From assembly GCA_028534125.1 (NCBI GenBank), contig CM052817.1, forward strand, positions 13,518,001 to 13,582,000: 64,000 nt of DNA, written 5' to 3'. Position numbers and translations under genes: made by a program. Positions 39,063-52,872 of this stretch are shown in pieces. The stretch is from Lama glama (Eukaryota). A model generated the notes under the pieces. That model worked only from the letters and a program-made list of their open reading frames with translations. It was not told where the DNA came from and ran no database searches. The number at the start of each line of letters is the position of its first letter. Position 1 is the first letter of the stretch.

Positions 39063-41529
39063 AGTGATGGCTGATTACCTGAGAACAAAGGAGGGAACAT
39101 AAAGTTGAAAAGGAGCAGAAGCGTATTACAGCAAATTAATAATAACAGTAAAAGAGCCAGTGACCAAATGTTGCTCTTTAATCTTTAGGGGAGAAGCTTT
39201 CATCGTTTGACTTTGCTTCAGATGTTAACACTGAGGTGATACATTTCTAAAAGATTCTTAATTTTAAAGTGTTACATCTATAAAGTCTATCGTAAAGGAA
39301 TAAACATTTGGAACCTTTATTTACGCTAAATACAATGCCTGATTCATAAGATATCACCACATTATGTGTTGCTTTAGAAGGTGGACAGTAAATAAATGGA
39401 ATCCATTACCTAGGGAATTAAAAATAATCTGTGTGAATTTAGTGATAATAAATTCTTGGTGGTATATTGGGAGGGGGCTGTTTTCGAGCTAAAAGCAGAG
39501 ATGGAGTATTATTCTGCTGTGGAACATTTATCCATCCTGACCATGTTTAAAACAGGGTATTAGGAAAACTGAGCAGTGATCTGGGTTTTGTTACGTTCCT
39601 TCTAGGTTTAAGCTACTTTCTTGGTTCAGGGAAAGTTAGACCGCAGTGTCCAAATGTCAGCTGGACATCTATTGTGTGACTAGGATAAGTCAGTAAAACG
39701 TTCTCTGCCTGCGTGCTCCCTATGTTCAGTGCTGTAAAAGTGAGTATGAAATTGCACCCAGTACTGTGGCATAGGGTGACTGGGCATTAAATGAGACGGC
39801 ACGTGTCTGGCACGTAGTAAACACTCAATCATAGTGTTATTGTTGTTATGAGTACCAGTATTAATTACAGTACTGTCTACTGTCACTCTTAACGTGATAA
39901 AGCAGAACAGTGCCTAGAATCACTCATTCCAGGAAATTATTCACTATTTCCATTTTTTTTTCTGGGTCTATGTCCCAGTTCTGACACTGGACAATGGGTT
40001 TTACCTCACCAAAGCTTTAATTTAAACATCTCTAACTAGAGATAATATTTGTTTCAAGTTCATAAAATTGTTTTGAGAGATTGCTTGAATCACTTACTGA
40101 TATGCAGTAATTGATCAATAAAAGACAACATTTATGGTTATGAATGGTCACTTCATACTTCCTAGCAAGGCTTTGTTCTAGAATCTTCAGGAGTAGGGCT
40201 CTGTCACTACATTTCTGGAGTCTGAATTCCTTTTCCGATGCTTGTATAACCTTGGGCAAGGTGTTTAGTCACTCCCTGCCTCAGTTCAAGTCACTGGAGT
40301 CCTCTCAGCTGTGAAATGGAGATAATAATAGCATTCTAACAAAAACTCTGAAGATCAAGTGAAATAAGGTCTGGCGCATCACAAAAACCCACAATGCATG
40401 CTTTCTGCCACGAGGATGATGATGGTCTTGCCATCGATCCCTCTTACACTGGCTCACCTAAAGCATGAGTTAATTTTACACTGACATTGAGATGAATTAA
40501 GTGTGATTTTTATTACCTCCAAGAACACTTACTGGAGAATATGTCTACCTCCAAGCAGATTCAGAGAACACTACAAGCTACTTGGAACTGTTCTACCCAA
40601 GTCTCCAATGAGAGTGTTTTGCAGAAAGATGAAAGCTTCCTCTGTCAGTTCATCTCTAGAACTTGTCTACCTGTTTTTCTTTCTTTTTTTTTTTTTCTTT
40701 TCTGAAAGCTTGCAAGCAGAGATGGGTCAGTGCTTCTAAAAACAAACAAACACAAAACAAAACAAAACTTTTGCCCATCACACTTGCTGCTCTATAGTAT
40801 CCCCTGGCAAGAAGGCAATTTGCAACTAAGAAAGTTAAACTTTAACCTTGCAATCTAAGCAGATAACATAGCAGTGCTCTGTATTTTATAGACCTGCTGG
40901 AGTGTAAAATTAAGTCTGCTTGAAGCGTTAGGTCCCCATTTCAGTGTCTACGGGAAACCAACAGAAACCAGCACTGTGTGCATTACTTCTAGGACAACGC
41001 AAATGGAAAATAGGTATTTATGGCTCCTATTAGAAACGGCATGAGTGACCAATCATAAAATCATTAATAAAAAAAGAAAACTTTTGTTTGTCTAAATTTT
41101 GATGTAGTCTTATAAGTAGTTGTCACTCTACCTTCTTTTGTCCCAAATTAACAGTAAAGAAAATAGTGGAAAAATCAAATGAGAAACAAAAGATTTCATC
41201 ATACAGGTAACCTGAAAAAAACACATCCACAGTAAAGCTTTTCTCAAGAATGGCTTGTGTTGTTTGGACACTTTAAGCGAACGTGTCTGAAATAAAACTA
41301 CGGTCATCTTTTCTTAGCTCGCTTTCATGGCCTTCTCTGTTTCTTATCTTGCTTAATGTCACCATTATCCTTTTGGTGGAATGGCTGTGTCCTTTTCCTA
41401 TCTTTGACTTAGTACCAAAACTGTTTCCCAGTGTTTCCAATGACAACTTCACCCTGGGTTTCAAATCAGTCCTTTCCCTCTCACCACTGTTGCCTTACGT
41501 GCAGGTCTCTGTCCTCTCCTGTAGGGAGG

Positions 41530-41755
41530 GGAGACTAGTGGTGAAGACCCTAGGCTCTGGCATCACACTGTTCAAGGTCAAATCCTTCCTGAGACACTAA
41601 GTAACTGTGAGACCTTGGGTTAGAGATTTAATATCTTTTGGTTCTCTCACCTAAACGGCGATTATAACTGTGCTTTCTTCATACGCTTGTATGACATATT
41701 TACAAAAATTGTGGAGGCTTAGAATAGTGTTGTGCTCAGTAAGAGCTAGCTGCTT
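41530..41755 (+). mobile_element. MIR (within an L2 remnant)
   Basis: tagtggtgaagaccctaggctctgg...gtcaaatcc...tgtgagaccttggg. Confidence 0.7.
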
Positions 41756-42100
41756 ATATTGTTTCTTGCATAAGATTTTTAGGCAGTTTCCCAACTGATT
41801 TCCCTGTTTTCTCTTTTCTCTCCTTCAGCAATTTACCTGTTCCTGATTTATTTTTGTAATATTTTCTCACCCTGAGGTTTAGTTGGTTCCTTGATTCAGA
41901 AACTAGCTTTTGCTGACATTGTGGAGAACTTGTCTGTGTCTTCTCTTCAAACGTTGCTTTTGAGGTCTTGCTGTTCTTTCCTCTGACTTCAAGTTCACCA
42001 CCGACCCTGCTAAAGTTGAACTTGTGTCCCAGCTCCCTTGCCTACTGGCTGGCTCTAGTCATCTCAAACCCTAATCAAGACAAAGAATCAGTTTTCATTT

Positions 42101-42807
42101 TGATCTAGCAATCCCACCTCTGGGTGGGTCTACATCCAAAAGAAATGAAAACAGGGTCTCAAAGAGACACCTGCACTCCCATGTTTAATGAGGCATTATT
42201 CACAATAGCCAAGAAATGGAAACAAGCTAAGTGTCCATCAATGGATGGATGGATAAAGAAGATGTGGTAATATACATTCAATGAAATATTCTTCAGCCAT
42301 CAGAAAAAAAGGAAATCCTGCCTTTTGTGACAATAGGGATGGACTTTGAGGGACTGTGCTAAATGAAATAAGCCAAACAGAGAAAGACAAATACTGCCTG
42401 GCACCACTTAAATGTGGAATACGAAAAAAGTCAAACTCACAGACAGAGAGGAGAAAGGTGGCTGCCAGGGTCTGGGGCGTGAGGGAAGTAGGGAGAGATT
42501 GGTAAAAGTGTGCAATCTTCCAGCTATAAGATGAATCAGATCTGAGGATCTAATGTGGAACTTGGTGACTATAGTTGATAACTCTGTATTGTATAAATGA
42601 AATTTTCGAAGAAAGTAGAACTTAAGTATTCTCAGCAAAAAGAAGATAAATACGTGAGGTGATGGATGTACTGATTAATTACATGGGAGGATTCCTATTA
42701 CAATGGATACGAATATCAAATCCCCACAATGTACACTTTAAATATCTTGAAATTTGATATGTACAATTATAACTCAGTGAAGCTGAAATAAAGAAAAATA
42801 AATAAAA
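42101..42807 (+). mobile_element. L1MA-type LINE, end of ORF2 plus 3' UTR
   Basis: gatctagcaatcccac, gcattattcacaatagccaag, gtgtccatcaatggatg, gaaataagcca...aaagacaaatact, A-rich tail. Confidence 0.9.
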
Positions 42808-45470
42808 ACGTTGGCTGACTCCCCACTGCCTCACTTTACTGCAGAGAACCAGCCTTGTGTTGACTGTAAGAACCTTCAAACTCTGGTCCCAGCTCACCTT
42901 TTCTGACTGCTTCTCTCTCTTACTTCTCACTCTGACCATCTTACTCTTGATTTAGCCTGCTCCTTCGGCTTTTTCTCCCTCGTATGAAATAATTCTTCTC
43001 CAAAGGGCCCTGCTGAAATACTACCTCTTCGTGAAATGTGCCTGGTAAGATTCGACCTCATCCCTGTGGCTGTAGCTCCATGATCATCTCAAGTAGGGGG
43101 AGAAACATAGCACCAGCAGCCAGCACTTACTAGCCAGTCACTGCTGTAAACACTTCACACGCTCACTTAATCTTCTACACAAACATATAATTTTTGCTAC
43201 TATTATCTTCACCTTGAAGGTGGGAAAATGAAGCTCAGAAAGGGTAAGCAAACTTTTCTATAGCTAGTCAGTCACAGAACCAGGATTTTAACCAAATGAG
43301 CTGTTTCTAGAGTTATCACTCTTCTTAACCCTAATACATCCCCAGTGCTGCCTTTCACAGCACTTTACTTGTATTCATTGCATCCGAATGATTTTTGTAC
43401 ATGTTTGTTTATTTCTATACGATGTCAGCCTTCAGACACAGTGATTTATAGTGTCTCCCTGTTCCTGGCACTATTAGTTTTCAAATAGTGGGTGCTCTGT
43501 AAGTGTATGTTGCATCAAAGTGCCAACATACTCAACCGGCCAATAGAAACCAGCTGTCCTGGGACCCCCTGCCTCCAGCTTTCCTGTACTAAGACTCATT
43601 CATGATTTAATGAGGATGTCTAGCAGAAAAATGATGGACCAGAACAAAGAATGTCTATCTTTCTGTTTTGTCACTGAATACCTATGTAACTTTGGACAAG
43701 CCACTTAAACTCTCCATTTTTTAGTTTGCTAAACAGAGACTTCAACCCCTCTGCTCTGTCATTCTCCCAGGAGTTTTGTGAGGATGAAATGAGATAAGCA
43801 ATAGGAAAGATTCTAAGACTTGTAGACGCCTATACGAAGGGAAGGACAAATATTCTGATTAGGAAAACACATTGTTTACGATAAGTAAATGAGAGTGTCA
43901 ATTAATATTAAATCTGGGTTAAGCAGCATGTCTAAATTTCCCTACTCCCTCCTTCTCATGGGTGGTGAAATCCTACGAAAGGAGGAAGTTTTGCACTAGC
44001 TCTGAAACAGCTGCCATTGTCAGAGCCAGAAATAAGAAATATCACCTCATTGGCTCCCACCACGCAAGACTGAAGCCCAGGCTCTGCTTCTCATTTGTAG
44101 GTGGCGAGACTGGGGTCCAGAGAGGGGAAATAAGTCATTCAAGGGGCTACCACAACCTTTCTGGACAATATGAGCTGTACAAGGGTGTCCTGTGTTGAGC
44201 AGGTAAGTGGAAAAAAGACTCAGCCTTGTTTTCATGTAAAAATGACCAATGCAATAAACACAACTAGAGAAATGGTAAAGAACAAAAACTCTGGATTTCC
44301 ATTTCCAGGGTCACCGCTCTCCCTCCCCCTACACCTCTAACTGATGATGTGATTCAGGTGAATTCCTTAACCTCTCATCCCTCAGTCTCCTATTCTGTAC
44401 GACTGAAATAATTGTGTCCATTTTACAGGGTAATTTTTAGGATGTAATGACTTAGAACTGTGCAAAACTCATAGAACGGCATCAACCGCATAGTAAGTGC
44501 TAGACACTTGTTAAATAAATAAAAACAACATCTGAGAATTTGAAAATTACAATTTTTTGGAATTCATACGTATGGTGACATTGAAGGGCCATGCTACTTG
44601 CAAATTAAGCTTACAGACCTTCACAGGTTATGCATTTGTTCCTCCAAAGATTTTTCTTGACTACATGCCCAGGTTAGAGCTTTCAGCTAAAGTCACTAAG
44701 GAGCTAGTATGAGATTAATTAATTGTCAGAAGGTTAAAACTTTAAAAAATTTTCCTGGAGGTTACTGTTGTATTTTTAATTGGCAGCATGTTGGCAGTTC
44801 AACTCACTTTTCAAAAACAAGTACTCCAACAGCCAAATGCTGATGCTTTCTGTGCCAAGAGAGGCATCAAAAACTTTCCACGATCAATATGCCACCAGGA
44901 AAAACAGAACACACTGAAATGTTATGCCGTGTTTGACACCAAAAATCTGAAAGCAAATTAGGAAACTGTGCTTTGCAATTACACAAGGCAAATATTGATG
45001 GTAACTTATCAGTTAGTTTTGAGTCGTCTGGCTTCACAATAACCTTGTCGCATTTGCCCTCGTGTGTCTGCTCAGATCAACAACAAAAACCCCTGGATGA
45101 AGCTTTAATTTAGTGAATCAATTCTTTTGATTGAATGAGGCCACTGAGCTTTTATTGGGTAGATGTTATTATGAAGTAAATTTAGATAAAACATGCATAT
45201 AAATATAAGCATACATATAATCAAGTGTTCTATATTTTATCTTTTGCATTAGCTCCTGACTATTATTTAGTAAGCTTTTTGTCTCCATAATATCCTTTGA
45301 ATAAATAGGGAAACAATTACTTTAGAAAAAATTAACTGGGGCATGGAGAGATAAAGTGAGTGACTCAGAAGCATCCAGTGAGGAGACACAGCCACAGACT
45401 TGATGGCATTTATTTTTCAAAGAAAAAGTATTTGTGCTTACATAGAGTATAGAAGTTAGGGACTTCCTTC

Positions 45471-46122
45471 TTTTTTTTGAAATTGAAGTGTAGTTGACTT
45501 ACAATATTATATCAGTTTCAGGTATACAACAGAGTGCTTCGATATTTTTATAGATTATATTCCATATAAATTATTATGCAATATTGACGATTTTCCCTGT
45601 GTTGTACATTACATCCTTGTGTCTTATTTATTTTAAACCTAGTAGTTTGTATCTCTTAATCCCCTTCCCCTATTGTGTCCTATCCTCCACCTCTCTCCCC
45701 GCTGGTAACGACTTGTTTGTTCTCAGTATCTGTGAGTCTATTTCTGTTTTGCTGTATTTGTTCATTTGTTTTTTTAGATTCCACATATAAGTGAAAACAC
45801 ACAGTGTTTTTCTTCTTCTGTCTGACTTGTTTCACTAAGTATAAGACCCTCCAAGTCTGTCCATGTTGTTGTCAATGGCAAGATTTCATTCTTTTTTACG
45901 GTCAAGTAATATTCCAGTATATATATACACACACCACATCTTCTTTATCCATACATCTGTTGATGGGCACAGGCTGCTTCCATATCTTGGCTGTTGTAAA
46001 TAATGCTGCTATTAACTTTGGGGTGCATGTGTCTTCTCAAATTAGTGTTTTTGTTTTCTTTGGAATATATACCCAGGAGTGGAGTTGCTGAATCATATCA
46101 TAGTTCTATTTTTAGTTTTTTA
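45471..46122 (-). mobile_element. L1 3' end (sense to KCNIP4)
   Basis: Poly-T, then aattgaagtgtagttgacttacaatattata...tagattccacatataagtga...gtaaataatgctgct. Confidence 0.9.
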
Positions 46123-46261
46123 AGCCATTCATGAAATAACTAGTTAAATTCCTTAATCCTACAATTATCTGTTCAATATCAACATACATCTATAAGCCAG
46201 TTGTCAGCCTCCAAGATATCACGGAGTTGAGAACAAATCTTACAAGAAGAAGAGCAGTGTG

Positions 46262-46437
46262 ACTGACTCTGAGAACTGTCACTGATCCTGTAGGTCCCCT
46301 AGCCCTGGGCACATCATCAGCCTTGTTGGGTCCAGACACCCTGCCCACATCTTTGCAAACAGTCCCTTCATTAAACTCCCGTGCACTGCCCCATGTATGT
46401 GTGCCTTGTGTTTTCTGCCTAGACCCTGACTGATACC
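46262..46437 (+). mobile_element. ERVL LTR 3' end (LTR33/LTR16-like)
   Basis: ccctgcccacatctttgcaaacagtcccttcattaaactc...gaccctgactgatac. Confidence 0.6.
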
Positions 46438-48744
46438 TAATCACGGAATGTCAGTGTTAGAAAGTACTGGATTTGGAGTCAAGCCTCTCATTCCTGATTT
46501 TTTTTTATAGCTTTGTGATTTTGAGCAAGCAAATGATTTCCCTTCTCCAGATCTCAGTATCCTCACATATAAAATAAGCTGTACTATTATACTAATAGGC
46601 TATTACCATTATAGGATATATAATAATATTTAAAGTATAATGACCACATCCTTAGACAGACTCTGGCCCAGTTGGCACATGGACTTTCCCATATGCCAAT
46701 CCCGAAAAAGTGCCCTTCACTCCTCCCTTGAGTTTTTCCAGTAAGACTTCATCTACTGAGGTGACAGTCTCATATCATACAATCATTTGATAAATTATTC
46801 AAGAAGTATATTTGTACCACTGGACCAAGGGGCTTTTGGGAAAGCATTAGGTCTGGCTCTCCGCCTCCAGGAGGCTGGGACTTACATCCCCATTTCACAA
46901 CTGAGACAGCTGTGGTGTGAAAAGACTATAATGATTTGTGCAGAATCACACAACTCAGAAGTTGGAATGAAACCCAGGCTTCCTCAGTCAATATCAGAGG
47001 GAGCCGATGCAGCTCAGTCTGATAAAGTGATGAAGACAGGAATTTCTGGAGTCCCACTCCCAGCTCTGCCAATAGGGAAACTTGCTTTACTTGTCTGTGC
47101 CTCAGTTTTATCAGCAATTATATGGGGAAAAGACTACATTTGCTTCAGAAGGTGGTGGGGAGTATCAACTGAGTTAATACTTGTCATATATACAGACTTG
47201 TGATGTTTCATGTACTAAGTACTTTGCATGAGTTGTCTTGTTTAATCCCGACAACCACCCATTTTTCCGAAGATCACAGTGGCCTTTCTCTCTGTATGTG
47301 AATAAATTACACTGCCTTGCTCCTTAGATCCTTTGCAGTTGCTGTCACCTCTTCCTTGGACCACTTCAGACCCTCTAGCGACCAGCCTTCTCTGGTTTTA
47401 GGGTCTCAAATGTCACTCATCAATGAAGCAAAGTATCTCCCCTGCTTGCATTCAGCTTCCATCACATTACCATCGGCTTTCTGCCTTCATAATGCTCATT
47501 AGTTCCTGAGATTATCTTGGTTTTCATGTTTTATCCTCTCCTCCCATGTAAGCTCCATGAAGGCAGTGAACTGATACACACTATTCCTCACTATAAAGCC
47601 AGTGTCTAGAGTCATGCTTGCCATATACAGTCCTTCAAAAAATACTGTGGGATGAGTAACTAAATAAGGAGACTAAGGGGCCAGAGGATTTAAATAAATA
47701 GTTGCAGGCATTTTGTTTAATACGAGGCACAATAGGAATTCAAGTGCATGAATGACTCTAAGCCCAAGCTGCCTCCATTGGCCTCTTTCAGTCTTTCTTG
47801 GAAGAGAAAATGACGGTTGGTGCAAGAGTCCTAGCACAAGAGATAAAAATATATTCATTTAAAAGATATTTCAGAGAGAAACTGACCAGAGTTTAGCGGC
47901 CAGTAGGATGGTGGTGGGGTGTGGGGGCATAAAGCAGAGGACCCATGAATCCAGCTTCAGCAACTGGGCAGCTAGTGATGCCAGTGAATAAGAACTCGAG
48001 TGTGGTGCTGAGCGGTGGTGATCAGGCCACTACATCTGGCAGGTGGTCTCGTCTGTGTCCTGGCTTGGAGCTCAAAGAGCAGTGGGCACCTGGCCAGCTG
48101 AGGGGATGCAGGCCAGCAGCTTGAACAGCTGGTTCTTAACAGATCGCCCAGGTGTCTCCAGCCTCAGTTCTTACTCACTTCTCACTCTTGTTTGGGAGTT
48201 ATTAACCAGGCAGAAGACATTCCAGGTTCTAAGTGAATTCTCACTGGCTCACATCTATCCAGGCGGGCCGCCCAGAAGGGGCCACTGCTGGATCTGTCAC
48301 TTCCTCCTTGAAGCCTTGTTTGTTGTTCCCAACACCTCTCGAAGGCAGCCGGACTTGAATATTTGTCTGACAGTCTTGTCAAACATCAAAGTCAAGATGT
48401 GTGCTCTAATATAATAGGTTTGGGGCTTACTATTTTTACCTTTTATTAAAAATGGGAAAATTTGATTTTCAAAAATTTAATAATGCCAATGGTTTTTCAT
48501 GCAGAAAATCTTTGTTCTATGCTACTTCTTTTAATGCTTTCATTTGAGTCACAAGCGGCAGAACTACTATTTCAAGTCTGTATTTAATAAATGGCTATAA
48601 AACATATACAGTTTCCAAATATTGAGGATATTAAGTCTATGTAAAAAAACACTCAAGACGTAATATGTGTGATGTGTTTAAATATTTGAAAGATCAACTC
48701 AAAAAACAATATTCTAGTATATATGAGGAAGCTTGTACTCACAT

Positions 48745-49225
48745 AATTTAATTCTTTCATCCAATGATTCCACATCTGGGAGAAAATAATCTTAAAGGCA
48801 CACAGATATATACAGAGAGATGTTTATCTCAGAGCTCTTTATGTTTTGGGGTAAAAAGAAAAAAGGGGGAAAAAATCTAAATATTCAAAAGCCAGGGAAT
48901 GCAGTTAAATACAACATACTGTAACTATACATGTCATGTTATGCTTGGCATTAAAATGGCATTTCCATTTTAATAGCAAGGTTAATATTCATGAAAGTAT
49001 GCAAGGTAAGAAAAGGATAAATTTTTGGTATGGATGCAATTATTAAGGTACACACATTGATGGAAAAAGATGTCACTTATTCTTTGCAGTTACTTCAAAG
49101 TACAGGAGCACAGTAGGGTCGTGTGCTGTGTGCTGTGTGTTGTGTGGCATGTGTGTGTATCATTTCTTATCTTTTTTTTGTACTTTCCAATGTACTGCCA
49201 TGAACGTGAGTTACTTTTATAAATA
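48745..49225 (+). mobile_element. Old L1ME-like 3' remnant
   Basis: attccacatctggg, agatgtttatc, aaatctaaatattca, ttacttttataa. Confidence 0.5.
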
Positions 49226-50237
49226 AACTATTCACCTTCCCAGCTTGAAGGGGGAGGAGGAGGAGGACGAGGAAGGCTGTCCCCGGGAAGAAGGAATGGA
49301 CACTGAAGATTCCTCTCCGGGGTAGGACGAGTACCAGTATCCTAGGAAGTTAAAGGAAAGCTGATTTGGGCTGAGCATAAGGAAGAATGTATTGAAATGG
49401 GTATTTTCCTGAAGAAGCAGTGCTGCTCCCAGTGCCGACAGAAGGAGTCCGTGGGGGAACTGGGTGTGATGTGAGGCTCCCTTCAAATTCTTGGGTTCTG
49501 TGATTTGGGGAATCTAAGTGCTCCGTTATTCAGCAGAAGTTTGGGGCTTTCTACACGAAAGAGGTATTTCTTTTGTTATTTGCATAAGATTGGTAAATCT
49601 CATGTCTCTGCCAAGAGGAATGATTGATCCCTCCCCCCTTTTCATTTATTTACTTCTTACAGTTCTGGAGACTGGGAAGTCCAAGATGAAAAAACTCTTT
49701 TTTATCTGCCTTCTTGAAAAAAGGAAATGGAGTTTAGGATGCCTACTGGCCTCTTAGTAAACCAACTTTCAGCTCTTCAGCTTTGAAGCTTCATGGCATC
49801 TGGTGGAGAAATTCCCACAGCCACTATGCAGGTCATCCAACCCAGAACTAGCCCCCCAAGGGCTCTCTGCATGGACAAGTTCGGTGCCCACACTCTTCCT
49901 CCTGGTGGCTTCTGCCACTTTGGTACCTGTCTCTAACCACCCGCCTCCTGCCTCATGTTCTCGTATCATCTTTTCAGTCCTGTGCCCAGATGCTTAGGGT
50001 CCAGATTATGGAGAGGGAATCTAATAGAAACACCTTTCTAACATAGCAATGGAGTTAATGTGGTCTCCTTTTCAAGTAATCTGCTTTGACCTGCTGGGTT
50101 TTTCTTATGATGTGCGCCTACTACGGAAAATGGTGGTTAGTGGGGGAGGGAGTTTTATATCTGCAGATCTTTGGGGATTCACAAATCACAGGCCACGTCT
50201 AGTGTGGGTTCAATATCAGCTATGAAATCCCAATTTT

Positions 50238-50510
50238 ACAGACTCACAGACATAGTAAACAATCTTATGGTTACTGGAGGAAAAGGGGTGGGAAGGGATA
50301 AATTTGTAAGTCTAAGATTTGCAAATGTTAGCCACTGTATATAAAGTAGATTAAAAATGTTTCTTCTGTATAGCACAGGGAACTATATTCAATATTTTAT
50401 AATAACCTTAAATGAAAATGAATATATGTATGTATACATGTAACTGGGACATTGTGCCGTACACCAGAAACTGACACATTGTAATCGACTGTATTTCAAT
50501 TAAAAAAAAT
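50238..50510 (+). mobile_element. L1 3' end, same young family as the 10955 copy
   Basis: acagactcacagacatagtaaacaatcttatggttac...gggtgggaagggataaattt...gtacaccagaaactgacacattgtaa. Confidence 0.88.
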
Positions 50511-51248
50511 ATACATATATAAATAAATATATACATATATGTATATCAGTTTTTAGAGTCAGTCCGCTAAATTTTTTTTAGTATCTTCTATTATTTTTTT
50601 CCCCCTTCAAGAAACGTCCTGACTTTTTCCTCACACTAAGTTGAAAATTATGTTGCATGCTCTGTGAACATTTATACGGAGGGATGACTTTCTGAGATAC
50701 TGATTCAGGAAAAGCACTAATGGAGGCATGATGATTTTGTCCTTTGCAAAATGAATAGACAGATCCGTTTGAAAGTTGTATTTTACCTGTCTGCTTTGTA
50801 CAAATGACTATGTTTTTGGTAAATATCTGGTAAATTGGCAATTTTGATTTCCACTTGAAAGGAGAAAAGCAACGGCTCTAATAACCAACATTCGCTGACA
50901 AAGGGTGGCAATAAAAACTTCTACAGTCTCAGTATCGCGTAGGATTAAGATTTTGCATCATTCTGGACTGTAGCTTTCCAGGTTGCTGAGGGCATATTAT
51001 GTTTTGTTTGTGAGATGCTGTGGGTGTATGTGCAATGATGGGAAAAAAAATCAAAACAATGCATTTTAACTATAATTTAAAAATTGTTTTGTCCATAGGA
51101 TTATTACTGATAAAAGCAATTCCGTCCTGTCTCCTTTCCCCACAGAAGGTTCTAGAAGAACGGGCCTTTTAAAGGCTGTTTTATTTACTGCTCTATCTCC
51201 TAGCACAGGGACAGAAACTGACATACGATAAATATATGTTGAATAAGT

Positions 51249-51362
51249 GGGGAGGGTATAACTCAGCATGCACGGAGTCCTGGGTTCAATCTCCAGTACT
51301 TCCATTTAAAAAAATAATCTAATTACCTCCCCCACAAAAAACAAACAAACTAAAAACTGCCT
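51249..51362 (+). mobile_element. tRNA-derived SINE (Vic-1 type) with internal deletion
   Basis: ggggagggtata..ctcag, B box GGTTCAATC, cagtacttcca, ctaattacctccccc tail; perfect 17-nt TSD ataaatatatgttgaat at 51228-51244 and 51363-51379. Confidence 0.88.
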
Positions 51363-51910
51363 ATAAATATATGTTGAATGAATAGGTGAATTAATTAATC
51401 ATATTATTGTGATATATTACCTTTGGTCAATACCACTGAAATAAATCATTATTCTATTCTGGGACTTTTGACTGGACATATTGGGTTGTTTAAGGTACTT
51501 TCTGTATTTTCTTTATTTGTACTGTGGAGACTAGTGAAATTTTAGAGCATCCACATTTTTAAATCACTCACTGAGTTCATCAGTTCCTACAAAATGCTGT
51601 GGTAGAAAAGAGAGTAGGTGAAGAAACAGGTTACGGCCCCACAACCAGAGTATCTCACCTAGCTCCTTAAGCTTTTGTCTCCTCACTGGCAGAGAGCACT
51701 CTACCTTCTCAGTCTGATTTTGACACTTGTTAGATGCTTGAAAAAAAATTGTGTATGAAACAATGTTTGTAAACATAGAACATGTGTCAATGTTCATTTT
51801 AAATTACACGTGGCGTCTTTATAAATTACTTAGAGGGTTTCCCTTTAGTTATCCTCTGAACTTGCTTTGAACAGCAGAATGCCGCAGAATTGGAGAGAAA
51901 GTGGGGGGAG

Positions 51911-52872
51911 TGTGTGATTAGCGTGATGTGTCAACTTGGTGAGGCTACAGTACCCAGGTATAAACACTAACCTAATTGTCGCTCTGTAAGTATTTTGAAG
52001 ACCTGGTTGAGATCTACAAACAGTGGACTTTAAGTTAAGGAGATTACTCTGGATAGCGTAGGTGGGCTTCATGTAATCAGCTGAAAGGCCTTAAGCAAAA
52101 ACTGAGATCTCCTGAACAGGGAATTCTGCTTCCAGATTGCAGCATCCAAGCCTGCCTGTTTCTGGCCCATCGGCCCGCTTTGTGAATTTTGGACATGCCA
52201 GCTCCTACAGTCAGGTGAGCCAATTCCTTAAAGTAATTCCCTTTATTTATATATATACACACATATATATGTGTGCATGCATATATATACATATATGTAT
52301 GTGTGTCTGCATATCATAGGTATATGTATATGTATGGGTATATGTATACAGACTGTTCCAGGCTTAATGAAGTTTCAACTATGAATTTTTGACTTTACAA
52401 ATGGTGTGAAAGCGATACCTATTCAGTAGAAACTGTACTTTGAATTTTGATCTTTTTCCTTGGGCGAGGAGGCGATATGCAGTACAAAATGCTGCTGTAA
52501 GGCAGGGCAGTGGCAGCGACCCCTAGCTCCCAGACAGCCACGAGGTCCAAGAGCATGCAACTGATACATTTACATTCTGCTTTTCACTTTCAGTCCAGCA
52601 ATCACTAAATTCCATGAGATATTCAACACTTTATTATAAAATAGGCTTTGTGTTAGATGATTTTGCCCAACTGTAGGCTAATATAAGTGTTCTGAGCACA
52701 TCTGAAGTAGGCTAGGCTACAATGTTGTGGGTCATGTGTATCAAATGCACTTTTCACTTACAATGTTTTCAACTTAAGAAGGGTTTATCAGGATGTAACC
52801 CCGCTGTAATTTGAGAAAGCTCTGTAGGTATATATACCTATTGGTCCGTTTTCTTAGAGACCCCGATGATAA
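51911..52872 (+). mobile_element. MLT2 (ERVL) LTR split by a Tigger element
   Basis: tgtgtcaacttggtgaggctacagtacccag ... gtgagccaattccttaaa ... cctattggtccgttttcttagagaccc. Confidence 0.85.
52349..52824. mobile_element. TcMar-Tigger non-autonomous element (MER47/Tigger5-like)
   Basis: CAG...CTG termini flanked by TA on both sides; ttataaaataggctttgtgttagatgattttgcccaactgtaggctaat. Confidence 0.8.
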
